Assembly (NCBI GenBank): GCA_002269645.1
Contig: NIVC01000481.1
Coordinates: forward strand, 248,001-312,000
Source of the DNA: Macrostomum lignano
Taxonomy: Eukaryota
Direction: 5' to 3'
DNA: 64,000 nucleotides
Shown: positions 60,994-64,000 of the stretch, piece by piece
Layout of the letters: the number at the start of each line of letters is the position of its first letter
How positions within the stretch are numbered: the stretch's first letter is position 1
The notes under the pieces: generated by a model
What the model was told of the DNA's origin: nothing
The model's database searches: none
Seen by the model: only the letters and a program-made list of their open reading frames with translations
Translations under genes and position numbers: made by a program

Positions 60994-61562
60994 CAGAGGC
61001 GTGGCCAGGGAGGGGGCAGGGCCCCCCCTAATAGGTTGGCACAAGCTGCTGGCTGATTAGGCGCCCTTGGTGCTGGTGCCCCTACAGTGGCGCCCCCTTC
61101 AGAGTAGCTGTGGCGCCCTCTTGCAAACTGACTTGGCGCCCCTTAGTGCTACCTTTCTCACGATGGCGCCCCTCGAATGCCCAAAGCCTCCCAAAGACTC
61201 CCAAAGACTTCCAAAGACTTCCAAAGACTTCCAAAGAATCCCAAATAATCCGAAAGACTTCCAAAGAATCTCAAATACTCTCAAATAATCCCAAATAACC
61301 CCAAAGACTCCCAAAGACTCTCAAAGACTCTCAAAGACTCCTAAAGAATCCCAAAGACTCCCAAGGAATCCCAGAGACTCTCAAAGACTCCTAAAGAATC
61401 CCAAAGACTCCCAAAGACTTCTAAAGACTTCCAAAGAATCCCACAGACTCCCAAAGAATCCCAGAGACTCTCAAAGAATCTCAAAGACTCTCAAGTCTCC
61501 CAAAGACTCCAAAGACTCTCAAAGACCCCTAATACTCGTAAAACATCCTGGCTACACTCCTG
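60994..61562. mobile_element. Degenerate hAT-like MITE carrying an internal 10-bp minisatellite
   Basis: TIRs CAGAGGCGTGGCCAGG / CCTGGCTACACTCCTG (12 of 16 match); 8-bp flanks GGCTAGTC / AGTTAGTC (6 of 8); internal (CCAAAGACTC)-type array at ~61190-61530. Confidence 0.6.
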
Positions 61563-63429
61563 AGTTAGTCGCGTCCATTTTTAACCTCGCGTACATGCAC
61601 AGGACAAAGTTTGATCTATATACATGTAGTTACATGAAACTTGATGACCACTTAATATTCAACAGAGTATTAATTGGAGCGTGAAGCAATGTTTTCTGTC
61701 TTAAATAGTTTCATGTATATTTTGCATAGCTAGCAAACTTCTGCCCAAGATTACGTTGTTTAATTGATGTCTGTAAAATACTGCGTTTTATTACGTCTCT
61801 ACTTAGAGTAGTTGTCACAACTAGTGGGTCGTACTTTTTCTCTCACCGGTGTAGATAGAATAGAAGACTATTTCAGGCAATGCCATGTCATTTTATTTCA
61901 CTGATATGTAAAGCTCCGTTAATGCTCAGGTGCGTCTGCAATGAAGCGTGTGCCTTTCTTTAACTTGTAAAAAAAGAAGAAAACGATCGAGCGAATAAAG
62001 ACATACTCAGAGTCACAGAGTGGCATTGCTGCATTTTCTAATATGACTGGCCCATGCAGTAACTTGAGTTCAAATAATATTTGCACTCTGTTCTGCTGTT
62101 GGAGTTCTGTTCAACAGAACGCACAGAGCAAGCCAAATACTCGTGAAGAGCATTTTTTTAGCTTTGTGCAAAAATTAAAGTCAGCAGTAAGTCTTTGATA
62201 GAGAGTGTGGAGATAGAAGGGGAGATGAGAGTTTAGATAAGATGAGAAGAGATGAGAGAAAATGAGAATATCAGAGGGGTGAGGGTAGATAAGAGAGAAG
62301 AAAGAAGAGAGAAGAGGGGAGAGAGAGGAAAGAAGAGAGAAGAGAGAATAGAGGAGAGATAAGAGAGAAGAGAGAATAGAGGAGAGAGAAGAGAGAAGAG
62401 AGAAGAGAAGAAACAAACTTTGAGCGGGCAAGTTTATTGGGAAGCGTCAAAGGACCCGGGGGCCCGGATAGAGGCTTAGCAGGTCGCATGTGACCGGCGG
62501 GCCAGAGTTGCCTCACTCAATGACTCACTGGTTTTCGCGGTTCTACAAGTTTACCTGCTTCTACACAATGCTGTACTCGTGTGTTTACAAATGCTCGGCC
62601 TACAATTTACGTATATGACACACCTACATTCGAGTAGAAAACTCACTACTTGCCAAAATGGAAGCTCTCCTACTTACTTTGTTAGCGCATTATTTGTAAA
62701 CTAATATATCTTTTTAAAATTTTCCACGCTTCTGGAAAGTTCTTGAGAATTATATTTGCTTTTTCCATATACTTTTACAACTAATTCTTTGTTTCATTGC
62801 ACGCTTTTCTAGATGTTTTTTATTGACTATAAACGTATCATTAAGCGTATGGAGCTCTTTGTACAGTCCAACTGTACATTCAGCTAAAATTCCTATCCCC
62901 TGCCCAAACGATAAGACACCCACCTCACGCCATGCAGCACCCCTTCTGAACTGACCTAACCTCTCATTGGCTGACAAGCGCTCAGCCAATGAATGCTCTT
63001 CTATACTTCCGAAGAGCCACATTCACTAAAGCCTATTGATTGGTTAAGAAACTGAGATTTTAATTGAACACAGTCTTGTAATTCGAGTACTTCTTTGTAT
63101 TCTAAGATAATTTACCTGAAGAATGAAAAAATCTACGGACAGAAGAAATCTACAATAAGACAAATAAGGAAGACTGCATTAATAGTACACACGAGGGACA
63201 AGAAGATATTGACAACATCGAATAATCTGGAATGAAAAAATACATTGAGAGACTAGAGAATGAAGTCTGATTATTATGTAACAAATATAGTCTAGAAATT
63301 TATGAATTTTGCTATTATCACTAACTAAGAAGAGCTCTAATGCTTGATAGTTAAACGGTTTTATTATTTTTAACTAGAAAAAAAATTCGACGTCAAAACG
63401 CTTTATATACGACTGATGAACTGGACAGC

Positions 63430-63756
63430 TCAGCAGTAGTTGCATCGAGCACGACTGTCGCTGAATATCTCGGCGAATCTACCGACAGGAGAAGTCTTCG
63501 GCGTCTCGTGATCAGACAGGGAAATTACTGCTGCACAGGCCTCGCAACCGTCCCCGGAATGATGCTCAGACAGATTCCTTCTGGCTAGAAACCAGCTGCA
63601 GTTATGCGTGAGAAAATTATATTTTGAACATTGTTCTAAGCCATTTTAAGATAAGGCATCGTAAAAATAGTCTCACCGGCCGATGATCTTGTGGCAGAGT
63701 TCCACTTGGTGACCTGTTTTTGCGCTGGTCTCCATAAAACAGGAGATGCTGTCTTC
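63430..63756 (-). CDS. Rab/Ras-superfamily small GTPase, last two exons (5'-partial)
   Basis: Minus-strand exons 63756-63677 (EDSISCFMETSAKTGHQVELCHKIIG) and 63595-63430 (...SDSRARCNYC-stop), separated by an 81-nt GT-AG intron in phase 2. ETSAK is the G5 box, followed by a hypervariable tail ending in cysteines. Confidence 0.72.
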
Positions 63757-63779
63757 CTGTAGGGATTGACAGGTAAATG

Positions 63780-64000
63780 AGTCATTGACTCACTGACCAA
63801 CTGACTCACTGACTCACTAACTCACTGACTCACTGACTCACTGACTCACTAACTCACTGACAAACTGACTCACTGACTCACTGACTCATTGACTCACTGA
63901 CAAACTGACTCACTGACTCACTGACTCACTAACCCACTGACAAACTGACTCACTGACTCACAGACTCACTGACTCACTGACTCACTGACTCACTGACCCA
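63780..64000. repeat. (TGACTCAC)n-type repeat
   Basis: Tandem ACTGACTC units running to the window end. Confidence 0.9.

Noticed and set aside
62420-62520. Fragment resembling a hAT/Charlie-type element end (GGTCGCATGTGACCGGCGGGCCAGAGTT)
   Set aside because: No partner TIR or TSD found; too degenerate to call.

Overview
Eukaryotic (animal) genomic DNA with GT-AG introns packed with micro- and minisatellites. The style suggests a free-living flatworm such as Macrostomum, which is inference only. Manual splicing gives phase-consistent models for five protein-coding genes: (1) a 5'-truncated, 17-exon EVC2/limbin-like single-pass membrane protein (+, 101-18025) with an unusually long ectodomain; (2) a two-exon secreted or GPI-type Ig-superfamily protein (+, 22581-24115); (3) an eight-exon protocadherin with 7 cadherin repeats (+, 32250-49804) whose EC5-EC6 calcium linker is degenerate; (4) a four-exon uncharacterised coiled-coil protein (+, 53157-60929); (5) the last two exons of a Rab/Ras-like small GTPase (-, 63430-63756). 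Also present: tRNA-Arg(TCG), hAT-type MITEs with 8-bp TSDs, a 2.2-kb TG...CA solo-LTR-like element with a 4-bp TSD, and more than 30 tandem-repeat arrays. Most long ORFs in the supplied track are translations of these repeats. All homology calls rest on motif recognition from memory; no database search was run.
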